A stretch of 64,000 bases of DNA from Felis catus (lineage: Eukaryota): the NCBI RefSeq assembly GCF_018350175.1, contig NC_058368.1, positions 237,648,001-237,712,000 of the forward strand, written 5' to 3'. Below the pieces are notes generated by a model. It made no database searches and was not told the origin of the DNA. It saw only the letters and a list, made by a program, of their open reading frames with translations. A program made the translations under genes and the position numbers. Within the stretch, counting starts at the first letter, position 1, and every line of letters starts with the position of its first letter. Below, piece by piece: positions 51,171-64,000 of the stretch.

Positions 51171-54100
51171 AAAATCCTTACATTTAGAAAATGTTTTTAA
51201 ACATAGAGGCCTCTGGGTTTTGTTTGCGCAGCACAGCACGGCTCTCTATGGCTGCTTCAGGATTTTCTGAAATTTTCTACATGTGTAAGTTGGAAGATAA
51301 ATTCCGGACCTTGTATTCCCTGCTTCATGCAAATCACTGGCATACGTATTGAGACTAATACACAGACCACAGGACTGTGGTGTAAACATTCCACAAGCTT
51401 CGATTTCCAAAGTGTAGTTTCCTCAAGGCGTTTTCATTAGTATGATTCCCCCCCCTTAGTATCCATGACAATAAATGGCATCATTAAAGAATGGAATTTA
51501 ATTTTTCCTTTATGAGTTTTAATTAGACACTGACATTTTGATTCTTCTTCTCCACCGAATACCGATCTATAGCCTGTCGTTTTGGGAGGTTCAGCTCACC
51601 TCTTCGTCTTGAGTCTGATCCAGGAAAATCGATGATGCCCTTGGAGAAAGCTCTCTGCAAAGGAGGGCGGACAGACTGTATTGAAGAACGTTGGTCTTGA
51701 CCTTTTGTGGAATGGGGGGACTCTCCGTGGGCCCCTCCCCTTCTGAATGGACACCGGTGGCCCCCACACCGCCCCTGACTTGACGGTGTGACAGGAAAGT
51801 GGGGAAGAGTTAGTGTAGCATTTAACGGTATCAGTCCCAAAGATTGACTTAGTCCCGATTTAAGGCAAAGATTAAAAAAGGCTTTTCTCCCTGTGGAACG
51901 AAGGAGGAGGTACATTTCTTGAAAGGACACGGGAAATGACATTTGTGCCCACCCTGTTGCTGTGCTGGAGCCTTGACTCGGGGGAAAGTCATCCCAGCCG
52001 CTCGGTATGGTGGGAGTGTCCTCCTCACTGGTCATATGACGATGACATCCCAGGTCAGAGAAGTGCAGTGAATACTCCGGGGCAGCTTGGCGGTCAAAGC
52101 CAGGTCTTCTGCCCCAGACATCAGGCTGTGACCCTCCCAGCTGTGTCCCGGGAGGAGGGCCGGCTTCCTGGTTTGCCTCCGCAGCTGTCCCATGCAGAGG
52201 GTAGGGGTGCAAGGAGAAGGCACCATCGGAGCCCCGTTCCCACCTGCAGTCAGAGAGGCGGCCAGGCGGTGGTGAGGGCACGTGGCCTCTGGGTCCACGT
52301 CGCTATGATGGGGTTGCTGACGGAGTCCTCCGATCCTGGTGTGATGAGGGAGACGTAAGGGCCATGAGGACAGAGGCTCACCCAGTACAGAGCCGGTGGC
52401 TGTACTTTGTTTCCACACTCTTGGTAGCATGCAGCTGCCCAAAACACTGCCTCAAGAAAAGGGAGAAGGTGAAAAATGATGAAGACCTTAGAGTGAATTT
52501 TCAGAAATGGTACACTGCTTTCTCCCAGCAAATTTTGAGCTGGCAGTGTAATCAAGATGACATAAAGCGTCCACCTTGCTGTGGTCCCCTCTCTGAACAT
52601 TAGGTACCTGGAGTTCACAGGAAGCGGAGTCTAGAACTCTCTTGCCCTCTTCGGTCTGGCAGCCTGGGTGCCCCTGAAGATGAGGTCCAGGAGCCAAAAG
52701 GCCACAGAATCCTCATTCATAGCTGCCCTGCGTCCCTAAGACCTGATAAGAGCTGGGACACAGTAAGTGTACGGCCAGTATTTGTGGAATGAGTGGATGG
52801 AGGGAGGGAGGGAGGGAGGGATGGATGATTAGATGGGTGGGTGGGTGGATGCATAAATGAACGAACTTGGGGCCTTCAACCCAACTTTCACCTGACATAC
52901 TCAGAATATGACATTGAATTGCTATCCTAAGGTCTGATCTCTAACTCCTACTTTGAGCCCATTCCCGATTTAACAGTGCCTTGGCTCCCAGAGATGTCAA
53001 GGCCCTGCCCACGAGGTGGTCACCTACTGTGAGCACGGCCTGGAACTAGGATGACCTTCAGACAGGTCATATGGAATCCAAGGATGGTCCCTGCTCTCCT
53101 TCTCTCCATGCTTCACAGTAAAGGCCCGATGGGCACCAACTCATTATGACTCCACCCTGTGCTTGTGCTGTCTGTAATAAACGTAGCGTTCCGAAGGCAG
53201 AAGCGAGGACAGATCATGGGATATAACGATCAGAAGTGTATGTTTCGTTAAGAATGATAAAGTTCACCATTGGCGAAATGAAGCTTTCTTTTATCAGCAC
53301 CTGATGTTAATCTAAAAAACTACTCCGCCATTTTAAACACTGTGATTTCATACGAAATTCATTGATGAGCTGAGTTATTCTGGATCTACAATTAGGAGCA
53401 CGTAGCATGCAAATGGTGTGGCCCAATTACACCTCTGTGAACCAGAGGTGAGTATTTAGCGGGGGGAATGTGGAACTTTGTCCAGCACACTGTTAATTAT
53501 CTTACCCTTCATTAAGTCACTAACCTTGTGGTTCACCAAAGATAGGAAGAAACTGATTTTCCAGCTCATAATTTGATTCAGGAGGTGCAGCTCTCTCAAA
53601 ATATATAAACTCCCAGGAGGAAGTTAAGCACCATTATCCTCCACGTGACCATCTGTATCATCAAAAGACATTTATTAAGCACTTAACTGTGCATGGCGCT
53701 GAGGTAGATGGTGAACAGAGAATCAGGTACGGAATTTCTTGTCTTCCATGAAGTCACTGGACATACAAGAGAGTGGATAAAATGCTGGACCAAGACACAA
53801 AGTAGAGAATGAGACAAAGTGCAGGTAAATCTTCAGAGGAGACATGGGCTGGGACGATGTACCCCCTGCAGAGAGATCCCAAAAGACAACCAAGAAGTAT
53901 TTATTCTCTCTTACCTGAGGCAGGGCTACCAGGCAACCGCAAAAACTTGAGGGCAGGCGCCTTGTTGGGCAAGAGATCTCAAGTGCTCGTGATGTGCCGA
54001 GGAGGAGAGATTGCTATGTGCAGGGTGTGGAGAAAGGCTGGGGATGGAGGCATGGCGGCCTCTCCGATTGCTGCCTCCCAGCTATAAATTGCCGGGCGAA

Positions 54101-54308
54101 AGTCAGATCTGGACAGCTCTGCTCAGAATGGTCGTTCGTCCCTGTGTCCAATCCCTGTGAGCAGGGGCAGGGATACAAGGGATATCACGTGACAAGCACT
54201 CGTTGATGGGCAGGTGATCATGCTGTTCTGGGCGGGCCCTCCCAAAGGGTCTGCTGCAGACCTCATCAGGACCCACGTAGATGCAGCATTTCAATCAGAA
54301 GACAAGAT

Positions 54309-54522
54309 GGGGCGTGTGGGCGGCTCAGTCGGTTAAGCGTCTGACTTCAGCTCAGGTTATCATCTCGAGGTCTGTGAGTTTGAGTCCCATGTCGGGCTCT
54401 GGGCTGACAGAGCAGAGCCTGGAGCCTGCTTCGGATTCTGTGTCTCCCTCTCTTTCTGCCCTTCCTCTGCTCATGCTCTGTCTCTCTCTCTTAAAAATAA
54501 ATAAACGTGAAAAAAAAAAAAA
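54309..54522 (+). mobile_element. Can-SINE
   Basis: Full body, AATAAA and A-tail; short TSD aagacaa. Confidence 0.96.
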
Positions 54523-54639
54523 AGACAACACATACTGCTTTGCCTCCAAGACTTCTTGTTTTAGTTTTATGTAGTTTCCTTTTACTTGTTTTAGTCCTGC
54601 TAAATTGCTTTCTGTTGTCCTTATCGGGGTGCTAATTGA

Positions 54640-55290
54640 CGGCTCGTTTAGAGTTCGGTTGCCTGACCGTTGATGACGATCTACAGCCACGTAGCCACCA
54701 ACGCCGTCCCCAGAATACGTCTGTCACTCTCAAATGCTTCCTCCTGTCCATTTGCAGTGATCCCTGCCCCAAACCTGACCACTCATGAACACTGATCTGC
54801 TTTCTGTCACTGTATTTTGCCACTTTGAGATTTTTATGTAAGTGGAATTGCTTTGCGAGTCTTTCGTGTCTGACTCTCTTCATTTATTAGCAAAACGCTT
54901 TTGAGATTTATTCATGCTGATGCGTGTATCAGTATTTATTCCTTTGTATCGACGAGATGTGCTGCATCGTATGGATGGACCATGATGTGTTTGTCCACTC
55001 ACTAGCAGATGCTGCTTGGAACCTTTGCAGTTTGGGACCTATGGGTCACACTGCTGTGAGTGGGAGTGTTTGTTGCTGTCTGCCTTCTGTTCTCTCGGGC
55101 AGATCCTAGGAGTGGAATTGGCAAATGGTAGTGATGTTTAACTTAGTAACATACCGCCAAACTGCTTTCTAAAATTTTCTTTTCCCATTTTGCATTTCCA
55201 CCAGCAACATGTAAGTTTCAGTTGTCCCCCTGTCTCGCCAACACTCGGTGTTTTCCAGTTTTTCACTTTACCATTTAGTTGGTGTGCAGT
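54640..55290 (-). mobile_element. Ancient L1 (L1ME/MB-like) 3' end
   Basis: 'cactgatctgctttctgtcact...ttttgagatttattcatgctg...cctaggagtggaattg...cgccaaactgctttc'. Confidence 0.75.
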
Positions 55291-55339
55291 GATATTGACC
55301 AGACAATTAACATCCTTGGGTTTTCACGATTACATTTTT

Positions 55340-55542
55340 CAATTTTTTTATTCTTTATTTTTGAGAGAGAGAAAGATCATGAGCGGGGGAGGAACAGAGA
55401 GAGGGAGACACAGAATCTGAAGCAGACTCCGGGCTCTGAGCTGTCAGCACAGAGCCCGACGCGAGGCTCAGACTCGCAAACCTCGAGATCATGACCTGAG
55501 CTGGAGCTGGATGCTTAACTGACAGAGCCACCCAGGAGCCCC
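55340..55542 (-). mobile_element. Can-SINE
   Basis: TSD ttcacgattacattttt / ttcacaattatattttt. Confidence 0.95.
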
Positions 55543-56047
55543 TTCACAATTATATTTTTAAGTTTGTGCTAATGCCACCAATGGGACTCCTGTGGAAGCA
55601 GTTCAATGCTTGGCGTGTCGTGACCATGAAGCAAGTACATTACCTGCCATTGTCACTGTGCCATTTAATGACTTTGCCAGTGCTTAGCAGCAGAAGTGCA
55701 TTTTAGTATCATGTAGTGTTGCCCTGGGGACTCTAAAGCATGTTTGCGCTGTGGGACCCAGAGTTCAACACCCCTGTGTGTGTTTATAAAGGTAGAGGCC
55801 CTGCCTTTTTGTTCTATTTGCTTTCATCAACATCCCACAGAGGCCTCCAGCCAATGTTCTCATTGTTCAACAGCATGGTTATCACTTAAACTATTAGGTT
55901 TTACTTTCTTTTGTTGGATCAAACAAAGCCCGCAACCCTGATTATACTCTCCAGGCTGACTCAGAAAAGTTTTGAAATTTGTATTTAATAAATATTAAGC
56001 CTGTGGCTTGGGTCGGGAAATTGTAAGGTTCCCAACACAATTTTGTC

Positions 56048-56264
56048 TTTTTGTTTTTGTGTTTGTTTTGTTCTTTAGAGAGAGTGAGCACAGGCACATG
56101 GGTGTAAGCATGGGAGGGACAGAGGGAGAGAGAGAGAGCATCTCAAGCAGGTTCTATGCCCAGCACAGAGCCTGATGAGGGGCTTGATCTTACAACAGTG
56201 AGGTCGTGGCCTGAGCTGAAATCAAGGGTCGGACGCTTAACCGACTGAGCCCTCCAGGTGCCTC
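56048..56264 (-). mobile_element. Can-SINE (older subfamily)
   Basis: TSD acacaattttgtc at 56035-56047 and 56268-56280. Confidence 0.93.
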
Positions 56265-56299
56265 GTGACACAATTTTGTCCTAACCATTTGTACCTATC

Positions 56300-56662
56300 T
56301 GTTACGGATTCAGTGTGTCTCCTTAAAATTCATATATTGAATCCCTAGACTCCAATGTGCTTGGAGTTGGGAGACTGGGTATTTGGGAGGTTGGATGAGA
56401 CCAGGAGGGTGGGATCCCTGTGGTGGGGATCATGCCCTTACAAGACAGACACCAGAGAGCTCTTTCTCTCTGTCCACCATGTTGGGAGGGGACGCAGTGA
56501 GAAGGCAGCTGTCTGCAAGCCAGGAGGAGGACTGTCGTCAGGAACTGACCGTACTGCACCCTGAACTTGGTCTTCCAGCCTCTAGAACCATAAGAAGATA
56601 CATGTCTGTCACCCCAGCCTCTTGGTCTATGGTGTCTCGTTATGACCACATGGACTAAGACA
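56300..56662 (+). mobile_element. Complete MaLR solo LTR (MLT1A-like)
   Basis: TG...CA ends (tgttacgga...gactaagaca), internal 'gagaaggcagctgtctgcaagccagg...ttccagcctctagaac'; 5-bp flanks ctatc/ctctc. Confidence 0.88.
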
Positions 56663-56774
56663 CTCTCAAAGTTCCACCTGGTGCTCGAAATGCATTTGTC
56701 TGCTGCCTCCACACTGTATCCCAAAAGGCTAATCTCACATACTAAGTCCTTTTTTCTACATCTTTTAAAAGTAA

Positions 56775-56995
56775 ACATTAAAGATTAGAAAGTAGATTAT
56801 TGACTCCCAGGGGCAGAATAAGGGTTAGAGCGAGGGTACAGAGCTTCTTTTGGGGGTGCCAAAAGTGTTCTAAAATCAGTCAGGGCTGATGGTCACACAA
56901 CCCTGTGGATGTACTAAATCCTACCACATTGTACACTTTAAAGAAGTGAATTTTATGGAATGTGAATTGTGTCTCGATCAGTCTGTTGACAAAAA
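56775..56995 (+). mobile_element. L1MB-like 3' end fragment
   Basis: 'gggtacagagcttcttttgggggtg..aaaagtgttctaaaat...attgtacactttaaa...atggaatgtgaatt'. Confidence 0.7.
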
Positions 56996-57884
56996 AAATA
57001 TAGCGGACCAGGATATGGACACACCAGTTCTTCTTAAGACACCAATGCCTTGATTGAAATTTTGATTCATATGCCTGGACACTGGAGGGGGCGGGAGTTT
57101 TGACAAACTTTATTGAACAGTCTCCGGTTGTTTGTCCTTGAGATGGAACTGAAAGGAATCCTTGGACACACACCAACATCGCTGTCTACCCCGTGTCAAA
57201 CTGTAAGTAAAATCAAATGGTTGTCCAGAAACGTGGATCTACAGGAACTGTTGTTTCCAATTATTTCATGGTAGAATAATGAATAGGGAATATCATATAC
57301 TTAATATTTAATATTCTATTCAAAAAACTTTCAAAGGACATGGCATATGAAATGATAAGCAAATGTTAAAGATGCTTTAGATCTCTTCATTGAATTTTCT
57401 GATACCACTGACTGTATATTCTGCTTTTCTTGATTCATTTCTAACAACTATTCAGTTAAACCCTGTTGGAATATGGTGATCAAGTGATCTAGGGCAAATT
57501 AATTCACCAACCAATTTCAGCTGCTTCTGGATAATCCAGGCATGCACAGTAGGCCTACTGACCACCCATGATGGGGTTCCCCCGGGTTCCCACTGCTGAC
57601 GTCTCCTCCTGGTGCCTCTGGGAGGTTCTGCCTCTTGCAGCTGTCGCCGGCTACCCGACGGGAGAACCACAGGGAAAGAAAGAGGGCAAATGCATTTTGC
57701 TCAATCTGCCTGAGATGCTTCAGAAGGCTTCAGTCCGACGGTTCAGGAATGACCATGTCTGGAAAGACAGGAGTGTGGTGAAGACAATCCTGTGACAGAA
57801 GACCAGTGGGGGAGCCTGTAAGACCCCACTTATTTTAAGTCCATGTGTTGCCCACCTTCAGATCTAGATGCCTTCCTTCCAGAT

Positions 57885-58572
57885 CAGAATTGCCCAATAA
57901 GAAGTGTGATGTGAGGGGCGCCTGAGCGGCTCAGTAGGTTGAGCATCCAACTCTTGATTTCGGCTCAGGTCATGATCCCGGGGTCGTGGGATCAAGTGTT
58001 GCATCGGGCTCTGGGCTAAGCGTGGATCCTGCTTGGGAGTCTCTGTCTCTCTGTTTTCCTCAGCCCCTCTCCCTGCTCACACCCCCTCTGTCTTTCTCAA
58101 AAACAAATAAATAAACATAAAAAAAAGAAGGGTGATGTGAGCCACACAGATGGTTTCAGGTTGTTTAATATCCATTTTTAAGAGAAGCAAAAAGAAAGAG
58201 GTGAAAGTTAAAATCTCTCAGGATACCCAAAATATCATCATGTCAACATGTAATTATTAATGAGATACTTTGCATTCATTTTTATTGGATTAAGTCCTCA
58301 AAATCCATCACTGGATTACGTTTGGATCGCATCTCAAATTGGGCACCAAATTTTCGACGGTGCAGGTGAAATGTTGAGTCCCAGCCAAAGACCAAATTGT
58401 GTTTAATGGAAAATAGTTTACACTGCCTCCACGTTAAAATCTAAATATAGCACATAGGTTACATATACATCTAAACATAAGTTAATTAAGATTAAAAATG
58501 TCACGTTCAGTTTCTCAATCCCATCAGCCCAGTGGCCCAGGTGGCTGGTGGCTCTGGCATCAGACAATTCAG
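57885..58572. mobile_element. hAT-Charlie non-autonomous DNA transposon (MER33/Charlie1-like)
   Basis: TIRs cagaattgcccaat ... atcagacaattcag; 8-bp flanks ttccagat / gtctagat (NTCTAGAN target); internal MER33-like motifs. Confidence 0.8.
57915..58124 (+). mobile_element. Can-SINE nested in the Charlie element
   Basis: TSD aagaagtgtgatgtgag (57899-57915) / aagaagggtgatgtgag (58125-58141). Confidence 0.95.
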
Positions 58573-60799
58573 GTCTAGATCATGCAGTGACTGAGCCAGG
58601 CGGCCAGGGGCAGGACAGAAAATAATCACCCCCCAAGTACCATCAATTATCTCACTCACAGATTAGAAGGTGTGCACAGCCATTTCTTTCTGACATAAAT
58701 AATGGGTATGTGGAGACAGGACTTGTAACTAAGAAGGATTTGAACTTGACTTGTTACTTTCCAGGCTCTACAATTAATTCCACACCCGGGAAGGTCAATG
58801 AATCAAGTATTCGAAGCATATCGAAGGAGCTCCTGGGAGAAATTTTACATTTCTACGTAGACAGCGGCATTCTGCACAGCTGTGTGGACCGTCCCCTGGA
58901 ACGCTGGCTGGCAAGACACGGCCCCAGGTGACCGTGCAGGAGGACACACAGCCACATCGTGTCCTCAGGAACTCCCCAGGGCGTGCGGAGAGCAGGCTTC
59001 TGGACCCGTCCCCTCCTGTCTTGGAAGGGCCATCATCTCACTGGCATCCTCAACACCCTCCCCTAACACCACGTCCACTGGGCTATACTGTCTCTGCACC
59101 CCACACAGTGCGGCCTTGCCCCAGCGCCCCCGGGGGCTGCTCCTCAAGGTGGGGGCTGTTTCCCGACAGTGATGTCCACCCACCAGCCAGCCCGGAGCTC
59201 AGGGCCCGGAGCTCTCGGCCCCTCGGGTTTAGGGAGCGGGTGGATGGTTTGACGTAGCTGTGTTACCCGGGGTGCAGGTTTCGGAAACCAGAGCGAGGGA
59301 GGGGGATATAATGAGAACCATCCCTCTGCCCGTTTTTTCCAATGTTTCTTGAGCTGAATTTTGAAGAGAACAAGAAGCACAAGGTACCTTATAAATACGT
59401 CTTTCTTCTCTGAGAAAACATCTGGAAGGTTGACACGAAGGGACCCACAACTGCTTTTTTGTTGTCATAAAGCCCGTGCTGGAACGGGAAGGGCGCGAGC
59501 AAGGGGGAGCCAAACCAATCATTTTAAATTGGGCTGAGAAAGGCCATTTAGTTCCACTCCATCTGAACTTACCAAACACTTGGTGCAGACCTCCTGAGCC
59601 CCCAGGCCGCCACCCTCTCCTGGGCCTAGGGGCCCACCGCCAAGCCGCCAAGCCTCTAGGAAAACATCTTGAATGTGTTTGGCTGAAAACAGGAATGAGT
59701 CCAGTGTTGGGAGAGAGCTAGGGTTTGCCAGCCGGCATTTCTTTCTGCTCTGCTCAGGGTTGCTTCGGTGTACAGACGTGTGCACGGCGGGGCCCATACA
59801 CGCGCACGTGCACACCCGAGATTAAGGGGGAAACAGCCCAGAGTTTTAGCAGAGTAAAGGAAAATGCACAAGTTTTGAAAAAGGAAAAGAGACATTCGGG
59901 CCAGAGTTGCACATGCCTCTGGTCAGTCCCGGTCAGCCCAAGGAGCCCCAGGTGATGGGGCCAGGGGAGGGGGCAGACTCTTCCTTGGGCGAAGGGGACA
60001 CGTCTCCAGGCGCACGTGGCCTCTGTGTTACTGTGGGGCAGTTGAGCCAGCTACGGTGCATGCAGACCAGGTGAGGCACCAGCCGGAGACCACACAGGGT
60101 GCAGCTCTGAGCATATCGATCCCTGTTCCCACCCTTGTGCACCCCAGACCTGCAGCACGGGGAGCCTGAGCCTTGAGGCCAAAAGTATGACAGGCAGTCT
60201 GGGAGGGGAGAGGCTTCTGGGGATAGCGGGTGAGACGGTGGGAGTCTCAGAAGGCTTCCACAAGTGGGTGGCCTGGGGCTGGGGCATGGAAGCTGGTGGA
60301 CGGGACCAGGACAGAGTGGTTTTGAAGCAGCAAGGCTCCGAGGCCAGAACATCCCAGATGGTGTCCTGGTATTTTGTGAGCTTCTCTGAGATGCACAACT
60401 GGCGGGGAAAACACCTTTCCACCCTTGTTGGGAACCATTAGTTCCTATCGCCCATCGGCCAGCCAGACGTTGGGAAGCTGGTCAAGTGCGCGACAGGCTC
60501 CCTGGGTGAGCAGAGTTCGGCTGGGAGATAGTTGCTCATCCCAGCTGGATGGGAACAGACCCTGCTTACAGTCTTCTCAGGGCCTAGCATATCCCTGCTG
60601 CTTTGCCCCAAAGGAGAGCACAGATAGTGCCACGTGCACTTGGACTCCATGCTGGAGGTGACGTGAGAAGTTAAAAGGCATAGAGGAGCACAGTGCCCAT
60701 GTTCAGGAAACAGTGGTGCTTTCACATCCAGGAAACAGGAAAACTTTGAATTATTTATACACTGAAAGAAAACAGTCATCAATAATGGGAAGAATTATA

Positions 60800-61022
60800 A
60801 AGATAGATAGATAGATAGATAGGTGATGGACACATAGATAGGTGATGGATAGATAGATGATGGATGGGTAAGTGATAGATAGATAGACAGACAGACAAAA
60901 GATGGATGGATAGATGATGGACAGACAGGTGATAGATAGATGATGGACGGGTAGAGACATACACCGATGTCACGTATCTACAAATAGGCAGATGACAAGT
61001 AGATGGGCAGATGATAGGTGGA
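60800..61022. repeat. (GATA)n/(GATG)n/(GACA)n compound microsatellite
   Basis: Directly visible. Confidence 0.93.
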
Positions 61023-62479
61023 TATGAAGACGGGAGTGTCAGGGGAAGGGAAAGGCTCCACAGTGCGAACTATTCCCAGAACGCTGTGTCTTCAAGGACT
61101 GATGCGATGCACGTGAGGCACGGTAGTGGGGGGAGGGCAGTGGACACACATGAAGCGGGTGGGGGGACACTGCTGATGATCTCCCTTCCAGAGGGTGTGC
61201 AGAAGGGAAATGTGGGTGAGTGAGTTCTTCAAACATGATGTGGTTGCTTCATTGCACCCCCAGGGGGCAGGGGACCCCAAGGAACCGGGTCCTTCCGGGA
61301 GAGTTCGGGCTCCACGGTTCCGAATCACAGGTGGCACCTGGGGCCGGCCCGTTCCCGGTCGGGACCCCTGCGTGACCGTCAGCAGCTGCTGAGAGCTTTG
61401 GTTACTGGGAGGTGAGGGAAGGTCTGGGTGGGTCTCTACTGCGTCCCCGAGGAGCCACGGCACATGCCCAGTGGTGTCCCCAGGTCTTCGGCCTACACGT
61501 CCCAGGTCACTCGGAGGAGCGAGCTGCACCCAGACCAGACATGTTTTCTTCAACTGCTGCTTGTGTCACGCTGGCTGGCACCACTGTCACCAGGTCGCTG
61601 GGGTCAGGCCAGCAGGGTCCACACAGGCCCCGCTCTAGCCAGAAGTAGGGGTCCGGGGCAGGGGGACACTGCCCGGGTCACGAGGGCATCAGCCAGGGCA
61701 CCCGGGGCGAGAACTAATGCCGGGTTTGGGTCTCCGCGTACAGCTCCAGTCCAGCCGTGTACCCTCCACGCTGCAGCGGCCACCGAGGTGCCAGACCCTG
61801 GCGGGGGGGGGGGGGGGGGGGGGAAGGGGGGGAGAGGACCGGCAGGAGGGGCGCCACTCGCCCCCTCCTTCCCTGTCCTGGGCTCTGTGGCTACGGTTCC
61901 CTCTTCTCGCCTCTCTCCCTTCCCGCCCAGTTCTGATCTCTTTCCTTCTCGCTGAAATCGTTAGGGCCCTTTGCTGTCTCCGCCTTGTCTCTCTCCGGTT
62001 TAAAGAATGTTCCCGTTTCTCCCCACCGGCCATCGCGTTTCTCCGTCTGCTTCTGGCCAGGCTGCTTGAGACCCTTCCCTTCCTCCCTCCCCTCTGCCCT
62101 CCAGGCTGTTTCTGGTTTCACAATGTTCTAAAGTGACCTAGAGCTCCCGGGTGCCGTCTCTCCGTCGCTGGGCTGGCGACAATGGACTGGGGGAGGGGCA
62201 GGGCAGGTGCTCTGGGAGGTGACCAGGGTCCCTCCTCACGCCCTTTCCTCCTGGGCGTGCCGTGCCCAGACTCCAGTGTCCCCAGGGCCCTCTGCCACGG
62301 CCCCTCGTGGAGAAGGGTCCCCCGAAGGTGGGTCCCTGCCTGGTCGCGGCCCGGACGGCCTCCCCCGCAGGCAGCAGCTTCTCCTCCAACCAGCGGCCCC
62401 TGCAGCGGGAGAGGCTGCCACGCCGCTGCCTCTAGGAGGTTCGAATAAAAGGATTCTTTCCGTGGACAGTGACCTAAGA

Positions 62480-63060
62480 TAGACACGCTGGGCAAATTCT
62501 GAAAGGACGGCTATTCTCCGTTTCAGCGGCGGCTCGAAAGGACACAAACGCAACCGCCCGAAACCGGATGGAGGCGGATCTTTCCAAAAGAACAACGAGG
62601 CAGAAACAGCGCGTCTTAAAATCGCTCAGGGCTTCGACGTCTCGCGGCGCGGAACGTCCCGGTTCGCCTCCTGTGCGCGTGCGCCTGCCGGGGTGGGGGG
62701 CAGGGCTGCGTCCCAGCCGCAGAGGCGCCCAGACCCGGGGGAGGGCGGCAGGCGGGGACTGTCCCCCCAGCCCCACGAGACCCCCTCCGGCCGGGAACAG
62801 AGGCGGACAGCGCACCAGGGCACAGCCTGGCTCTGCGGCTGAGCGCCCTGCGTGCTCAGAGCCCGAGGACGCCACCGCCGGTGCCCTGGTGGCCGAGAGG
62901 GCAGCGCCAGCCACGCCCGACGCCAGGGCGGAGTCACCCTCCTCCGACACGCCAGGGGACGGAGGAGAGCCGGCCTGACACAAGTTGTTTTCGCGGCCGC
63001 TCTTTGTGACGAGGGACTTCTGCTCCCCGTCAGCCCGGTGCCATCTGCTGCGGGAAACCA
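62480..63060. promoter_or_regulatory. CpG-island-like segment
   Basis: Very high GC with dense CpGs and no recognisable repeat (not computed formally). Confidence 0.5.
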
Positions 63061-64000
63061 GGGCCCTTGAAGAAGGAGCCGCTCCTGAATTATTGATCAA
63101 TGATTAGCAAATGCAATCGAAATTGTAGACTGGATGTTGTGCGCGGATCCATAATTTATGAGCGGACAAAACAGGAGGTAGTAGAGGTAGCGGCAGGTGA
63201 TTTCAGCCCCGTATCGATTACGTAAGACAACAGGAGGGAAGTGGGCTGTGGCAGATGGAACAGAAGCTGACGGCTCCGGGCCGGCCGGCAGCGCGGCCAG
63301 AGCTGGGGAATACGGCGCCGCAGAAGCAAATACGTTTCTATTGTGCCTCTTTGATCACCATGCTGTTCCCTGAGACCAGAGGACATATTTGTTTATAATT
63401 TATGTATTCTCTCGCCATGAAAGATTGATGGTGCCCTATTAGATACTCCAGGATCTAAATTTCCAGATAGTTTGTACGGCGACAGCCGGCGACACGGTGT
63501 TGGGAAGCGTCCTCGGCCTTCCCTGGCAGAGGGGCGCCCCGGAGGGCTGTGCCCGGCAGCGCCCCCCTCACCCTTTCCCACCACCCCCCACTCCCCTGCG
63601 AGCTGAGCCGAGCCCAGCCCCCGGGACAGGCTCGGGGAAAACCCGGCCAGGACGCGGCCAGAAGGTGACCTGATTCTCAGCCCGCAGCCAGGGTTGTAGG
63701 TGGACGTTTTTCTCCTTCTGCGGACTTTGCGAGAGGACGGCCTGGCGCCCCCGCATCCGTGATACTGGATATTGAAAAGTACACAATGTCAAGTGCGTGC
63801 TGGGTCAATTTAGAGCAAGGGTGGGGGGTGGCGGTTTTGCACCCAGGGGAGATGGAACACAGGGTAGGGGCATCTGGGGTGGTCACGGCCGGGGAGACTA
63901 TGTAGAAGGGGGGACGCTGCTAACCACAGTCCAGGGGGCAGAGGGGCACCCCAACAAAGAATCATTGCCCCCGATGCCCACCACAGCCATATCCTCCCTT

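Noticed and set aside
1..64000. CRISPR arrays, operons or defence systems; naming a host gene or chromosome
   Set aside because: Mammalian repeat-rich DNA with no spaced-repeat array or intact ORF cluster; no exon to identify the locus

Overview
Mammalian nuclear DNA, almost certainly from a felid: it carries 18 tRNA-derived Can-SINEs of the feline type and a feline-type L1 3' stub. It is a GC- and CpG-rich, subtelomeric-style intergenic or deep-intronic region. I found no convincing protein-coding exon or RNA gene. Most ORFs in the track are GC-rich, microsatellite or SINE noise; the only recognisable peptides are decayed LINE-1 ORF1/ORF2 pieces. The window holds Can-SINEs (most with readable TSDs), old L1 fragments including a ~6 kb near-full-length ancient copy, L2/MIR relics, MaLR/ERVL solo LTRs, a hAT-Charlie element with TIRs and TSD, and microsatellites. 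Several repeat-free AT-rich islands are dense in homeodomain/PBX-HOX/SOX/TCF/POU motifs and resemble the conserved enhancers found around developmental regulators. The points most worth a second look are the enhancer-like islands, a 1.2 kb composite insert splitting a collinear L1 (possible ancient 3' transduction), directional AT-to-GC erosion of old repeats, a strong CTCF motif and likely polymorphic young SINEs. I cannot support a claim of a novel biological system. Repeat subfamily names come from recalled consensus features, not a database search.
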